IMG/VR virus record: IMGVR_UViG_3300048861_000178
Location: 1 to 64,000 of that record
Strand: one strand, 5' to 3'
DNA length: 64,000 nt
From: a virus
Taxonomy: Duplodnaviria; Caudoviricetes
The position numbers and the translations under genes are program-made. Shown here piece by piece: positions 26,298 to 35,949 of this stretch. Under the pieces are notes generated by a model. It saw only the letters and a program-made list of their open reading frames with translations, was not told where the DNA came from and did not search any database. The stretch's first letter is position 1. Each line of letters starts with the position of its first letter.

Positions 26298-27407
26298 ATG
26301 ACCGGACTCGCCGCAGTCGCCGGTGCAAGCATCGGTATCAACGCTATCCGTGACGCCATCGGCGCAGTCGCTGCCATGCGTGCGGATTCGCTTGTCGAAT
26401 ACAGCAAACCCGCTCGCGTGGAACCGCTTTGCCTGGTCGACGCCGACGTGCTGTACCATGACGCTACGTACGATGCCATGCAAGCCTTGCAGTCGATGTT
26501 TGCGGGTTACTACCTGCAAGCGATCGCCCTCTCGGCCCACATCGGCAATGTCAACGTGATGGCCACGTTGGACAAGTTTAACCCCAGCCGTGATCCGATC
26601 ACGAGCGGCACCGCAGGTAACCTGTGGGGCAACATCGCCGGAAACGCTGCGGGTGCCATCTCGATGCTCTCGCAAGAAAGCTACAAAGATGCGCTGCCCG
26701 CCTTCGGCAAGCAAGTCGCGCTGGAAGACAGCGTCGGCGTCGGTAAGGATGCGATCAAGGAAGCCAAGGAAGTGGCGAGCCTCTCCGTAGGCAAGATGCT
26801 GTCCGTGGAAATCAGCGACAACGGTCAAAAGGGGATCATTCCGGTGGCGTTGCGACTGATCGCAATCGATACGCCCACAGAAGCCCTGGTTCATATTCTT
26901 AGCCTTGGCAACAAGCAGTCGACGAGTATGAAGGAGCGTTACCATGCGTGGCGCGCCGGTCGCATCGAATTCTTCCGCGATTTCCTGCTGTGTCTGGACC
27001 TGATCGACGCGCACAAGAAGCACCTGATGAGCGACGATGGCACCTACGCAAGCATCATCAAGCGTCAGCGTAGCAACCAGCTCTCGGCGATTCTGTCGGG
27101 CAACCCGTCGGTGGCGACTGCCTCCAACATGGTGGTCACCTCGACCAATACGATCGCCCAGCTTGAGCTCGAAATCAGCGCCAAGTTCAGCAACTTCGCC
27201 GTGCGTGAGAAGCTGTTCAAGGAAACCTCGCTGATGATCGTGGCCGTGCTCGATCCGCAGTGGGATCGCGTGACGTTCTACCACCGTTCGCTCCCGGAAG
27301 TGACGAGCCTGCCCTTTAAGGCGCTCAAGCAAGCTACCAAGGGCGACGGTCCGGACATCGGCGAGATCCTGAAAGCGTACCAGCTCGGTAACGCCCCGTC
27401 GTTCTGA
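26298..27407 (+). CDS. head/inner-body protein (phiKZ gp89-like)
   Basis: SLVEYSKPARVEP, LSVGKML, ER..AWRAGRI.F.RD; LSQE and VALE cleavage-like sites. Confidence 0.8.
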   Translation: MTGLAAVAGASIGINAIRDAIGAVAAMRADSLVEYSKPARVEPLCLVDADVLYHDATYDAMQALQSMFAGYYLQAIALSAHIGNVNVMATLDKFNPSRDPITSGTAGNLWGNIAGNAAGAISMLSQESYKDALPAFGKQVALEDSVGVGKDAIKEAKEVASLSVGKMLSVEISDNGQKGIIPVALRLIAIDTPTEALVHILSLGNKQSTSMKERYHAWRAGRIEFFRDFLLCLDLIDAHKKHLMSDDGTYASIIKRQRSNQLSAILSGNPSVATASNMVVTSTNTIAQLELEISAKFSNFAVREKLFKETSLMIVAVLDPQWDRVTFYHRSLPEVTSLPFKALKQATKGDGPDIGEILKAYQLGNAPSF

Positions 27408-27416
27408 TTCCCCTTT

Positions 27417-27450
27417 GTCGGCTGGGGTCCTCTTCAGTGGGGACCCGGCA
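27417..27450 (+). terminator. intergenic hairpin
   Basis: GCTGGGGTCCTC pairs with GGGGACCCGGC; no T-run. Confidence 0.4.
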
Positions 27451-27467
27451 TTCCTCAAGGTACAAAA

Positions 27468-28370
27468 ATGAGTTCCATTCGTGATTTCTTGCGTAATCTG
27501 CTGCCGACGTTCGGTCGCGATCGCATCATCGAGGATTGCCGTCTGACTCGGGCGGAAATCGAAGAAACCCTGAAACCCATGTACGGGCAAGCGGCTGTGT
27601 TCTTGAAGAACTGGTCGTTCAAGTCCGACGAGATGCAAGACCGCATCGAGACGTGGAAGGGCCTCGTGAAGAGCAATGGCGGCAACATCATCGTCACGAT
27701 CGATCGTGGCCTGCCCTTGATGGTGCAGAACCTGAACGACGTCGAAGAGCTGATCAAGGCTTCGATCGGCGACGAAGTGGTGACCGCAGGCCTGACCTAC
27801 AAGAAGGCGCAGCTCATCCAGTTCGTGACCAACGTGCAGTTCGTCTCGCGCTTCCTGGTGCAGTTCCTGAACTACGTCTACGTGTGCGAAACCGCCAAGG
27901 TGGAAAATAGCGGCATCACGTCGGTACGTGACGCGCTGGCTCCGGCGGAGAAGGCCTTCATCGAAGACAACTTCATCAGCTTTTGCACGGCCTTTGAAGT
28001 CGTGACGGAAAGCCCCGGCGAAGTGAAGAAGAAGCTCGCCGAAGTGCCCGACATCGTCGTTACCGACGACAACATCGACACGCTGCCGCAAACGATGGGC
28101 GCGGCCAAGCTCGACCCGCTCAAGCAGAACCTCATCATCGGCACCGGCACCTGGAGCCTGTGGTACGGCGTGGGCCTGCTGTGGGCCGAGTGGCAAGCGG
28201 CGCGCTACAAGCAAGCCAAGGAAACGCTCAAGATGGTGCAGCTGCGCAAGCTGAACCTCGAGCAAGTCAGCCAAGGCAAGCCGAACCCGAAGGTCCAGAA
28301 GGAAATCGAATATCTGGAACAACGGGCCAAGGATCTGCAGTACAAGATCACGAAGATGGAGGGCAAGTAA
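27468..28370 (+). CDS. head/inner-body protein (phiKZ gp90-like)
   Basis: 300 aa, C-terminal coiled coil, synteny. Confidence 0.78.
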   Translation: MSSIRDFLRNLLPTFGRDRIIEDCRLTRAEIEETLKPMYGQAAVFLKNWSFKSDEMQDRIETWKGLVKSNGGNIIVTIDRGLPLMVQNLNDVEELIKASIGDEVVTAGLTYKKAQLIQFVTNVQFVSRFLVQFLNYVYVCETAKVENSGITSVRDALAPAEKAFIEDNFISFCTAFEVVTESPGEVKKKLAEVPDIVVTDDNIDTLPQTMGAAKLDPLKQNLIIGTGTWSLWYGVGLLWAEWQAARYKQAKETLKMVQLRKLNLEQVSQGKPNPKVQKEIEYLEQRAKDLQYKITKMEGK

Positions 28371-28987
28371 TGGCTGGCCTCGTCTCCAATGCGGGGTTCA
28401 CGATTTATCCGCGGGGTTTCCTGGGCGCGATCCTCGCTCCGCGGATTGAGAAGTCTCCGGCACCGTTTCAGGACGAGTACCGGAAGCTCCAGAACAATCT
28501 GAGCCTCTTCCAGCCGAGCTCATCGACCATCGCAGTCAACGAGAACGTCGAGTCGCTGTACTCGAAGTACATCCGTAACACCTACAAAGCGGAAGCGTTT
28601 GAATTCCGTAAGCTGGTGCTGATTACGGCGTTGAATGCGTTTGGTACCGATGCGTTCGATTTCTGGTACCTCAAGCAGTTCGAAAGTGCCTCAGTGGGCG
28701 ACATGCATCGTCGCTTTCTCGAGGATTGTCTGCGCTTCATCCTGACTGGTCGTCGGGAGATGTCGCTGGAAACCTGGGACAGCTTGATCGATTATTCGGA
28801 CTCCGGCGAAATGCGCGGACCGGTAAGCGAGTACACGGCTGAGTTCTTCGGCATCACCACCAACGGCTACGTTCGTCAACGTCGCAATACGATGCTCGTG
28901 GATGTCCTGCAAGATTGGTGTGCACAACCCAACGGTCTGGAAGACCTGCTCCTGTCGCTGCACGTCCTGTTCGGTTCACGCTCGTAA
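28370..28987 (+). CDS. conserved phiKZ-like protein (gp91 position)
   Basis: TAATG overlap start; 205 aa. Confidence 0.72.
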   Translation: MAGLVSNAGFTIYPRGFLGAILAPRIEKSPAPFQDEYRKLQNNLSLFQPSSSTIAVNENVESLYSKYIRNTYKAEAFEFRKLVLITALNAFGTDAFDFWYLKQFESASVGDMHRRFLEDCLRFILTGRREMSLETWDSLIDYSDSGEMRGPVSEYTAEFFGITTNGYVRQRRNTMLVDVLQDWCAQPNGLEDLLLSLHVLFGSRS

Positions 28988-29109
28988 ACGAGTAAGTAAG
29001 CCGTAAATACTATAGTAACTCTAACCCAGGGTTATTAAGGACGTACCGCGCGGGTACTCTGCTGTAAAGTGCACTCCGATTTAAACCCTATCGATAGGAA
29101 GAAAGAACC

Positions 29110-31392
29110 ATGCGTAGCATTCGTACTGGCTTTGGCGCCCGTTTCCGTAAGGCGCTGGAACAAGCAGAACTGTCGCCCGAAGCCGCAGCAGCGATCGGTG
29201 CTGGCGACAAGAGCATCCCGGCTCCCAAGAAGGAAGGCGAAGTCCCGCCCCAACTGTCCAACGACAAAGATCCGGTCGCAGGCGACATGGACGGCACCAA
29301 GGGCAAAGACGAGCCCAAGGAAAAGAGCGACATCGGCAGCTCGGCGGTGAAGAAGGACGGCGAAGTCGATCCGCAACTCTCGAACGGCGAAGACCCGACG
29401 GTCTCGGTCGCCACCGGTGGCGAAGGCAAGGTCAAGGAACTCGTCGGCACGGCAGGCGCGCTGGAAAGCAAGCCCGTCAAGGCACCGAAGAAGGTGAAGT
29501 TCAGCCCGATCCAACGCGCGCGTATCAAGGTCGCGCTCGAAGACGACGGCCTGACCTCGGAAGAAGCCGAAGCTGAAATCCGCCGTCAAGAAGAAGGCGA
29601 GCTGGAAGCTCCGGCGCGCGCCGCTGAAGTCCCCGCTGCTGAAGTTCCGCCCGCAGGCGACGAAGGTCGCACCGCAGATGAAGTGCCGGAAGTCCCGGCT
29701 GTCGGCGAAGCCGGTGCAGAGCTGGGCGGTGAACAACCCGCTGCTGAATTGACGGGTGACCCCGCTGAAGCTGCTGCAGGCGCAGAAGCCGCCGCAGGTG
29801 AAGTCCCCGGTCAAGATCCGGCAGGTGCTGTTGCTGAAGTTCCGGCCGCTGGCACGGAAGCTGGCGCTGAACTCGGTGCCGATCTCGGTGGCGAAGCTGG
29901 TGCAGCCGACGTCGGTGCGATTCCCCCGGCAGGTGAAGAAGGCGGTGAAGTCGCAGCTGTGGTGGTCGACGAAGTGATCGATCCGGTCGAACTCGAAAAC
30001 GCACGCCGTCTGGTGGCGCGCGCTGACGAACAAGCCGGTCGTGCAGAAGGCCGTGAAGTTCCGGCTGCTGATGCTAGTGCTGAAACCGCTGGTCTGGACG
30101 CTGGTGCTGAGCTCGCCGGTGGCGAAGGCGCAGAACTGGGCGCCCTGCCGACGCAAGTCGAAGCTGAAGCTGAGCAAGTCGAAGACAGCGCCTCGGGTCT
30201 GGAAACGGAACTGCTGGACATCGCGGAATCGGAAGGCGAAGTCGACGAAGTCAACCGTCGTGTCGAAGATGGTTTCGAAGTCGTCGAATCGATGGAAGCC
30301 TATCGCGAAGCCCTGTCGACGGCTGTCGAGTCGGGTGGTCTGAACCGTCACGGCGCGCGCATGATGCATATCGGTCTGGAAGCGCTTTATCAGCGCCTCG
30401 ACATGGAAATGCCGCGTCCGATCTCGCTCGAATCGTTCGGTGGTGCATCGAAGCAAATCAGCGCGTCGCAACTGTCGCTCGAATCGCTCGGCGAACAGAT
30501 CAAGAAGATCTGGGAAAAGATCTACCAGGCCTTCGTGGTCGGCATCCAAATGGCAAGTGAGCTCTACGAGCGCATCACCGACGGTGCAGCTCAGCTCGAA
30601 GCCAAGGCCAAGCAAGTCGAGCAGAAAGCCAAGGCAGTTCAGGGCCAGCCGACGGTGCGTGAAATCGCCGACGAGAACCTGGTCAATGCACTGCAATCGG
30701 GCGGCGCTACGCCGTTGCAAGGTCTCGCTGCGGTGAGCAAGGTGGCACAAGGTCTGTACGCAGCGTATCCGCAGATGGTGAAGCTCGCCGACCAAGGTCT
30801 CGCGCAACTGGGTGCACCGGAAGGCAATCCGACCGTGGCATTCCCGTGGCAAGCTCAGCTGGTTTCGAGCTTCACGAAGTCGGGCGGTCAAAACGGCGGC
30901 GTGGTGAGCGAAGTGTTGCCGGGTGGTGTCTACATGTTCTTCGACATCAGCCAAGACCTCGGCGCATGCGACTGCGGCATGGACAGCAACGAAAACGCCT
31001 CCCCGGCGAAGAAGCTTGCGATCCTGGCTCCGCAACAAATGGTCGCCATGACCCAGCAGGTTGCACAACTGGCAGGCATGGTGAAGAACGCCAAGCAATC
31101 GTACGGTGTCGCTCTGCAAGCCGCGAAGGAAGCCGCGAAAATCGCTCGCGTCATGGCTCAAGGCGCAAACCTGTCGGAAACCGACGAGCAGCGTAGCAGC
31201 TACGAAGCGAAGCGCACCGGAATGCTGGCGATCAAGAAGGCACTGGAAGAGCCGTTCAAGTCTTTCAACGTCTACGCGATCAAGACCGGCAACGCAGCAC
31301 TGATGTACGTCGAGAAGTCGATCGCCGCACACGGTAAAGCTGCACCGGCTGCAGCAGCACCGGCTGCGGGCGCAGCTCCGGCGAAAGCCTAA
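29110..31392 (+). CDS. internal head protein (phiKZ gp93-97 family) with a long acidic propeptide
   Basis: VALE, ISLESF, LSLESLGEQIKKIWEKI motifs; long Ala/Glu/Pro/Gly-rich region. Confidence 0.82.
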   Translation: MRSIRTGFGARFRKALEQAELSPEAAAAIGAGDKSIPAPKKEGEVPPQLSNDKDPVAGDMDGTKGKDEPKEKSDIGSSAVKKDGEVDPQLSNGEDPTVSVATGGEGKVKELVGTAGALESKPVKAPKKVKFSPIQRARIKVALEDDGLTSEEAEAEIRRQEEGELEAPARAAEVPAAEVPPAGDEGRTADEVPEVPAVGEAGAELGGEQPAAELTGDPAEAAAGAEAAAGEVPGQDPAGAVAEVPAAGTEAGAELGADLGGEAGAADVGAIPPAGEEGGEVAAVVVDEVIDPVELENARRLVARADEQAGRAEGREVPAADASAETAGLDAGAELAGGEGAELGALPTQVEAEAEQVEDSASGLETELLDIAESEGEVDEVNRRVEDGFEVVESMEAYREALSTAVESGGLNRHGARMMHIGLEALYQRLDMEMPRPISLESFGGASKQISASQLSLESLGEQIKKIWEKIYQAFVVGIQMASELYERITDGAAQLEAKAKQVEQKAKAVQGQPTVREIADENLVNALQSGGATPLQGLAAVSKVAQGLYAAYPQMVKLADQGLAQLGAPEGNPTVAFPWQAQLVSSFTKSGGQNGGVVSEVLPGGVYMFFDISQDLGACDCGMDSNENASPAKKLAILAPQQMVAMTQQVAQLAGMVKNAKQSYGVALQAAKEAAKIARVMAQGANLSETDEQRSSYEAKRTGMLAIKKALEEPFKSFNVYAIKTGNAALMYVEKSIAAHGKAAPAAAAPAAGAAPAKA

Positions 31393-31410
31393 CACGTAGC
31401 TTGCGTGTGA

Positions 31411-31450
31411 TTGCCCCCTCCTGGGTCCTCAGGGGCCTGGGAGGGGGTTA
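31411..31450 (+). terminator. hairpin after the major internal head gene
   Basis: GCCCCCTCCTGGGTCCT pairs with GGGGCCTGGGAGGGGGT. Confidence 0.55.
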
Positions 31451-31478
31451 TTGCTGCTAAGACAAGGATACAGAGAAC

Positions 31479-32843
31479 ATGCGTAAAACAATGGCCGCGA
31501 CTGTGCGTGTGGTTCAGGTGCCCAAAGCAGCCCCGCCAGTCCGTCGTTTGTCGCTGGAAGAGGAAGCCCTGGTCCTCGACCAAGCACACCGGGACATGAC
31601 GTCGTGCACGTCCGGTCTCCAAGAAGTCAACAAGCAGCTCGAACTCTCCGATGCGCTGGAAGATCTGGCCGCCGTTGCCCAAAACATCCGTGAAGCCTCG
31701 CCCACGGAACTGCAACTCATCGCTACCGCCAGTCAAGCCGGTGTCGCTGGAACGGACAACGAGCCGGAGCTGATGCTGCCTGCGATGGAAGGCTTCCAAG
31801 AAGGCAAGGCAATCGCCTTCGAAAGCCTCGCTGAAAAAGCGAAGACGCTGTGGAAGAACATCCTCGCGTTCATCGCGCGGCTGTGGGAAAAGTTCATGGC
31901 TTTCTTCCGTATCCACGTAGTGGTGCGGGAACTGAAATCCAAGATCAAGCAGATGCAAGTCGCGCTGCAAGACGAAACCAAGTACCGGTTCCGGCCGCCG
32001 ACTGAAGCAGGTCGGGCTGAATCGCTGAGCCAACTGGGCGAGTGGTTCTCCTTCGAAGGCGAGCAGCTGAAGACGGAAGAAGACACCATCAAGGCTTTGC
32101 ATTCGACGGCCAAGGTGGCGGGTTTCATTTACGACACCTACGCCAACGAAATCGAAGCTACGGGCCAGCGTCTGGAAACCATCCTTGGCAGCGTGACGCC
32201 GCAAAACGTCGACGACGTGTTGCAGAACGTCGTGAAGCAACTCGGCCGTCTGAACTTTGGTGGCCTGCCGATGGCAGTCTCGGAAGGTAATGACAACGGT
32301 TACGAAGTCGCGACATGCCAGTCGTTTCTCGGCAATGGCATGCTGATCGGGAAGACCTTCAAGGTCCAGCCGAACATGCCTGCTGCGCAAGCCCTCGACG
32401 CGATTCGTCATTCGGGTATCACGCTCGAAAAGGGTGACGCCGATCGCATGACGCACAACGGCTACACGCAAGGCCACCAGGCAATCTTCTACCTGTCGGA
32501 TCGCGCGATGTTGCAACAAGCGCTCAAGGGTGCCGAAACGCTGCTGGCGGTGATCGAGAACTTCCACAGCCAACATGCACCGAAGTTGAAGAGCGTGTCG
32601 GATCGCCTGAAGGCAGTTTCTGATAAGGCCGTCGCGGCTTTCTCGGGCACGGTGCAAGGTGAAGGCGCAGCGGAAGCTGAGCACGAACTCAAGGCCGCAC
32701 TGAACCTGAATGCGATGTTCGCCCGTTGGGCGCAAGTGCCGACCCTGCCGTTCTACAGCTACATCGTCAGTGCTTGCCGGTTCGTGCTGGCCTGGTGTCA
32801 GCTGAGCATCGACGGTAAAGTCGTTCTCGGCAAGTCCGCCTAA
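31479..32843 (+). CDS. internal head protein paralog
   Basis: LSLEE, ALEDLA, PAME, IAFESLAEKAKTLWKNILAFIARLWEKF. Confidence 0.82.
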   Translation: MRKTMAATVRVVQVPKAAPPVRRLSLEEEALVLDQAHRDMTSCTSGLQEVNKQLELSDALEDLAAVAQNIREASPTELQLIATASQAGVAGTDNEPELMLPAMEGFQEGKAIAFESLAEKAKTLWKNILAFIARLWEKFMAFFRIHVVVRELKSKIKQMQVALQDETKYRFRPPTEAGRAESLSQLGEWFSFEGEQLKTEEDTIKALHSTAKVAGFIYDTYANEIEATGQRLETILGSVTPQNVDDVLQNVVKQLGRLNFGGLPMAVSEGNDNGYEVATCQSFLGNGMLIGKTFKVQPNMPAAQALDAIRHSGITLEKGDADRMTHNGYTQGHQAIFYLSDRAMLQQALKGAETLLAVIENFHSQHAPKLKSVSDRLKAVSDKAVAAFSGTVQGEGAAEAEHELKAALNLNAMFARWAQVPTLPFYSYIVSACRFVLAWCQLSIDGKVVLGKSA

Positions 32844-32859
32844 CAAGGAGCACGTCAAC

Positions 32860-34227
32860 ATGCTGCGTAAACACTTTGCTCCGACGCCCCCGTCGGAGGA
32901 CGTGCGCTCGACTTTTCGAGTGTCACTCGAGGAACAGATCATCCTCGTGGACCAAGCCAATGAACAAGCGGCCAAGTCTGAAGATCTGCTGTGCGAAACC
33001 GAACGCATGACGGACCTGGCGAAAGCCATCGAAGATCTCGCCGTCATCGCGGATGGAATCGAAAAGCCGAGTGCGACTGAGCTCGACCTGATCGACAACG
33101 TCGCGCAAATGGCCTGTGCCGGTACGGACATGCCGCCCGAACAGTTGCTCGGTGGTCCTGAGCTGGCCGTGGGTCAGCAGATCGCCACGGAGAACTGGCG
33201 GGAAACGGCGGGTAAGCTCTGGGCGGCCATCAAGGCGCTCTGTGCGAAGATCTGGGAAGCGATTGACAAGTTCTTCAAGGTTCACGTGATTCTGCCGACG
33301 ATCTATGCGAAGCTGCAGCTGCTCGTCAAGCAGATGAAGAACCGCACGGGTCAACTGAAGTACGGCGCGAATCCGGCGATGAATGTCGAGCACGGGATGA
33401 ACTACTTCTCGAACGGCATTCGTGTCACGCGTTCGATGCCGGAGTTCACCAAAGAGCTCGAGCGTTTCGTGAGCGCGGTGAACTTCGTCTACGTCGACAA
33501 TCCGCAACGCGTGGTCACGCTGACCGATGCACTGGCGGCTGCCATTGTGAAGTGGACGCCGGAGACGACTGATGACGTCGCTGCTGCAATGCGTCAGGCC
33601 TTGGTGCAGTCGCAAAAGCTGCGCAGTAGCTTCCCGCTGCCGTTCCTGTCGAACGAGGGCGAGTTCACGCTCATGTCCTGCCAGGAAGTGCTCGGCTGTA
33701 CGTACTTCCAGTTCCGTGAGTTCAAGGACAGCGGTAGCGTCGGTAACTTCGAAGCGATCGAACGTCTGCGTCACGGCGGTCTCACCATGCTCGAAGGCGA
33801 AGAGCCGAAGAGCGACGACGTGGTCTTCAAGCACGCGACTGCAGCGGTCTACGAGCATGCGGTCCAGCTCATGAACGATGCGTTGCAGAAGATCGCGCAG
33901 TTCAATGGTTCGCACGGTGGCCTGAAGCAACTCAAGGCAGCACGTGCAAAGCTCGAACAAGCGGCAGATCACGTCGTCATCGAGGCAGGCAAGATGGCCG
34001 AGCAACAACCGGTCGAAGCCGCCATGGTGAAGAGCATGCTCGACTTTAACTCGGCGCTTGCGCGCTGGGTACAACAGCCGAGCGTGGCGTTCTACACCAA
34101 GGTGATTGGCGTCGCTCGTACGCTGATGATGATCATCGCGCATTACAACTCGGTGTACGAAGTGGCTGATCCGAACAAGGAAAAGTCGCTCGTCGGCGAG
34201 CTGCAAGGTCAAGCACAACCGGCCTAA
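32860..34227 (+). CDS. internal head protein paralog
   Basis: VSLEE, AIEDLA, IATENWRETAGKLWAAIKALCAKIWE; collinear with 31479-32843. Confidence 0.82.
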   Translation: MLRKHFAPTPPSEDVRSTFRVSLEEQIILVDQANEQAAKSEDLLCETERMTDLAKAIEDLAVIADGIEKPSATELDLIDNVAQMACAGTDMPPEQLLGGPELAVGQQIATENWRETAGKLWAAIKALCAKIWEAIDKFFKVHVILPTIYAKLQLLVKQMKNRTGQLKYGANPAMNVEHGMNYFSNGIRVTRSMPEFTKELERFVSAVNFVYVDNPQRVVTLTDALAAAIVKWTPETTDDVAAAMRQALVQSQKLRSSFPLPFLSNEGEFTLMSCQEVLGCTYFQFREFKDSGSVGNFEAIERLRHGGLTMLEGEEPKSDDVVFKHATAAVYEHAVQLMNDALQKIAQFNGSHGGLKQLKAARAKLEQAADHVVIEAGKMAEQQPVEAAMVKSMLDFNSALARWVQQPSVAFYTKVIGVARTLMMIIAHYNSVYEVADPNKEKSLVGELQGQAQPA

Positions 34228-34235
34228 GCCCCAAG

Positions 34236-34286
34236 GGCATAATGGAGGCAGGACTTCGGTCCTGCCTCTATGACGCCGATCCTATG
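34236..34286 (+). terminator. UUCG hairpin followed by a late-promoter-like ATCCTATG
   Basis: GGCATA..GAGGCAGGAC-TTCG-GTCCTGCCTC-TATGACG; ATCCTATG at 34279-34286. Confidence 0.65.
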
Positions 34287-34311
34287 ATGAAATTATAGCC
34301 GGGGAACAGAA

Positions 34312-35940
34312 ATGCCCAAAATCATGGTGGAGCTTCACGAGACGTACGAGAGCATTACGCGCCCGGTGGTGTACAACATCGTGCGCGATATGATCAAGCG
34401 TACGGGCTTGCCGAAGGACATCCGCATCAACTATCCGGGTGACATTGAGCGCGCCATGCAAGATGGCTCGTCGATTACCTCGACGCATCCCGAAGCGACG
34501 AAGTTTGCGTACACCTCGCAACTGACGATCGAAGTGGATGAGCAGTACCAGGAAGACCGCTTGCTCTCGTCGGCCGTATGGCGGCCGGAGAATCCCTTTA
34601 TCTTTCGTGATGACGCGCTGGGTGTGGGGATCAAGCCGGTGTACGGTTCGTGCGACACCACGGTGACGGTGAAGTTCCGAGCCCGCAGTAAGCAACAGGC
34701 TACGCGCTGGCGCGATGAAATCAAGAACCGCACCGCCCAGGGCCGTGAGCAGTTTGTGCATCAGATCGCCTATCACTACCTGGTGCCCGAAGAGATGTTT
34801 GTGGTGCTCAGCGAGATTCATCGACTGCGTGAGAATGTGGCCGGGTACGATGAGGATTTCGCAACCTACTTTAAGAACCACCGCACCAGTAAGGCGCGCT
34901 TCTTAACCGACCAGGCCGGACGCAATGGTCGCTGGGGGATTGCGGAGTCACAGATCCGTGTGCTGGGTTGGTTTGACTGGGAAGGTCAGCCCGAGCAAGG
35001 CAGCAAGGAAGACGATGGCTCGACCTGGACCATTGGCTTCTCGTACAAGTTCAAGTACGACAAACCGAACGCCTGCGCGATGCAGTATCCGCTGATCGTC
35101 CACAACCAGATGATCAAGTACCATCCGGAGCCACCCGATCAACCGATGTACCAAATCGAAAACCAGCTGCGTCGTTATGCGCTCTCAGCGAAGATGTTTG
35201 CGTATTTCGAGACGGGTGGTCCGATGCACTACATGCAACGGCGTCAAGGCTATCAGGTGCCCTCCTACGACGAGTTTATCCCGTTTAGTGTGGTACCGAA
35301 TACGCTGCGCTTGATGACCGCGCTTGTAAGGATCGATCCGGCAAACCCACGCGCGCTCTTTAACCTCACGGATAATATCGGTGGGGACATCATGATGGAC
35401 CCTGACATCCGGTGCTGTCTGGAAAAAGAGTGGCCGTACATGACGCAGCCGATGCAGTCGATCTTTAACGTGAGCCTCTATACGGGTCAGCTCCTGCAAA
35501 CCCCCGATAAGCTGACGGTCGACGCCGATCTGAATGTGAAGACGACGTTTGACATGGATCTGCGTCAGACCTATCACGTGCGCATCAGTCTGGTGAAGAA
35601 CCTGCGGCTCATTCCACGCGCGGCACTCGATCGCTTGCGTGATTGCGCGCCGTGTCTTATCAAGCTGCTCGATGCGATTGATCCGACGCTCAAGGGTCGA
35701 GGATTGCTGCCGTGTATTGTGGGCGACACCTGGGTCACCTGGCCGTGTCTCGAAAAAGCAATCAACGCGATCAATGGGGCGACGGCGGCGCAGCAGAACG
35801 CACCGACTGGCTGGAACGTGGGCACCCTCTTTATCCAGACGGGTCGGGCTGTGGATGGTGTGAATACCAATGCCGCGACGTGGGGCTATGTGCCGGGCTT
35901 GGCTCCGGCTGATCCGCATGACGACGGCTGCTCTTGCTAA
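34312..35940 (+). CDS. virion structural protein (phiKZ gp98-like)
   Basis: 542 aa; SITRPV, F.YDKP...YP...HNQ; synteny. Confidence 0.75.
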   Translation: MPKIMVELHETYESITRPVVYNIVRDMIKRTGLPKDIRINYPGDIERAMQDGSSITSTHPEATKFAYTSQLTIEVDEQYQEDRLLSSAVWRPENPFIFRDDALGVGIKPVYGSCDTTVTVKFRARSKQQATRWRDEIKNRTAQGREQFVHQIAYHYLVPEEMFVVLSEIHRLRENVAGYDEDFATYFKNHRTSKARFLTDQAGRNGRWGIAESQIRVLGWFDWEGQPEQGSKEDDGSTWTIGFSYKFKYDKPNACAMQYPLIVHNQMIKYHPEPPDQPMYQIENQLRRYALSAKMFAYFETGGPMHYMQRRQGYQVPSYDEFIPFSVVPNTLRLMTALVRIDPANPRALFNLTDNIGGDIMMDPDIRCCLEKEWPYMTQPMQSIFNVSLYTGQLLQTPDKLTVDADLNVKTTFDMDLRQTYHVRISLVKNLRLIPRAALDRLRDCAPCLIKLLDAIDPTLKGRGLLPCIVGDTWVTWPCLEKAINAINGATAAQQNAPTGWNVGTLFIQTGRAVDGVNTNAATWGYVPGLAPADPHDDGCSC

Positions 35941-35949
35941 AGGAATACC

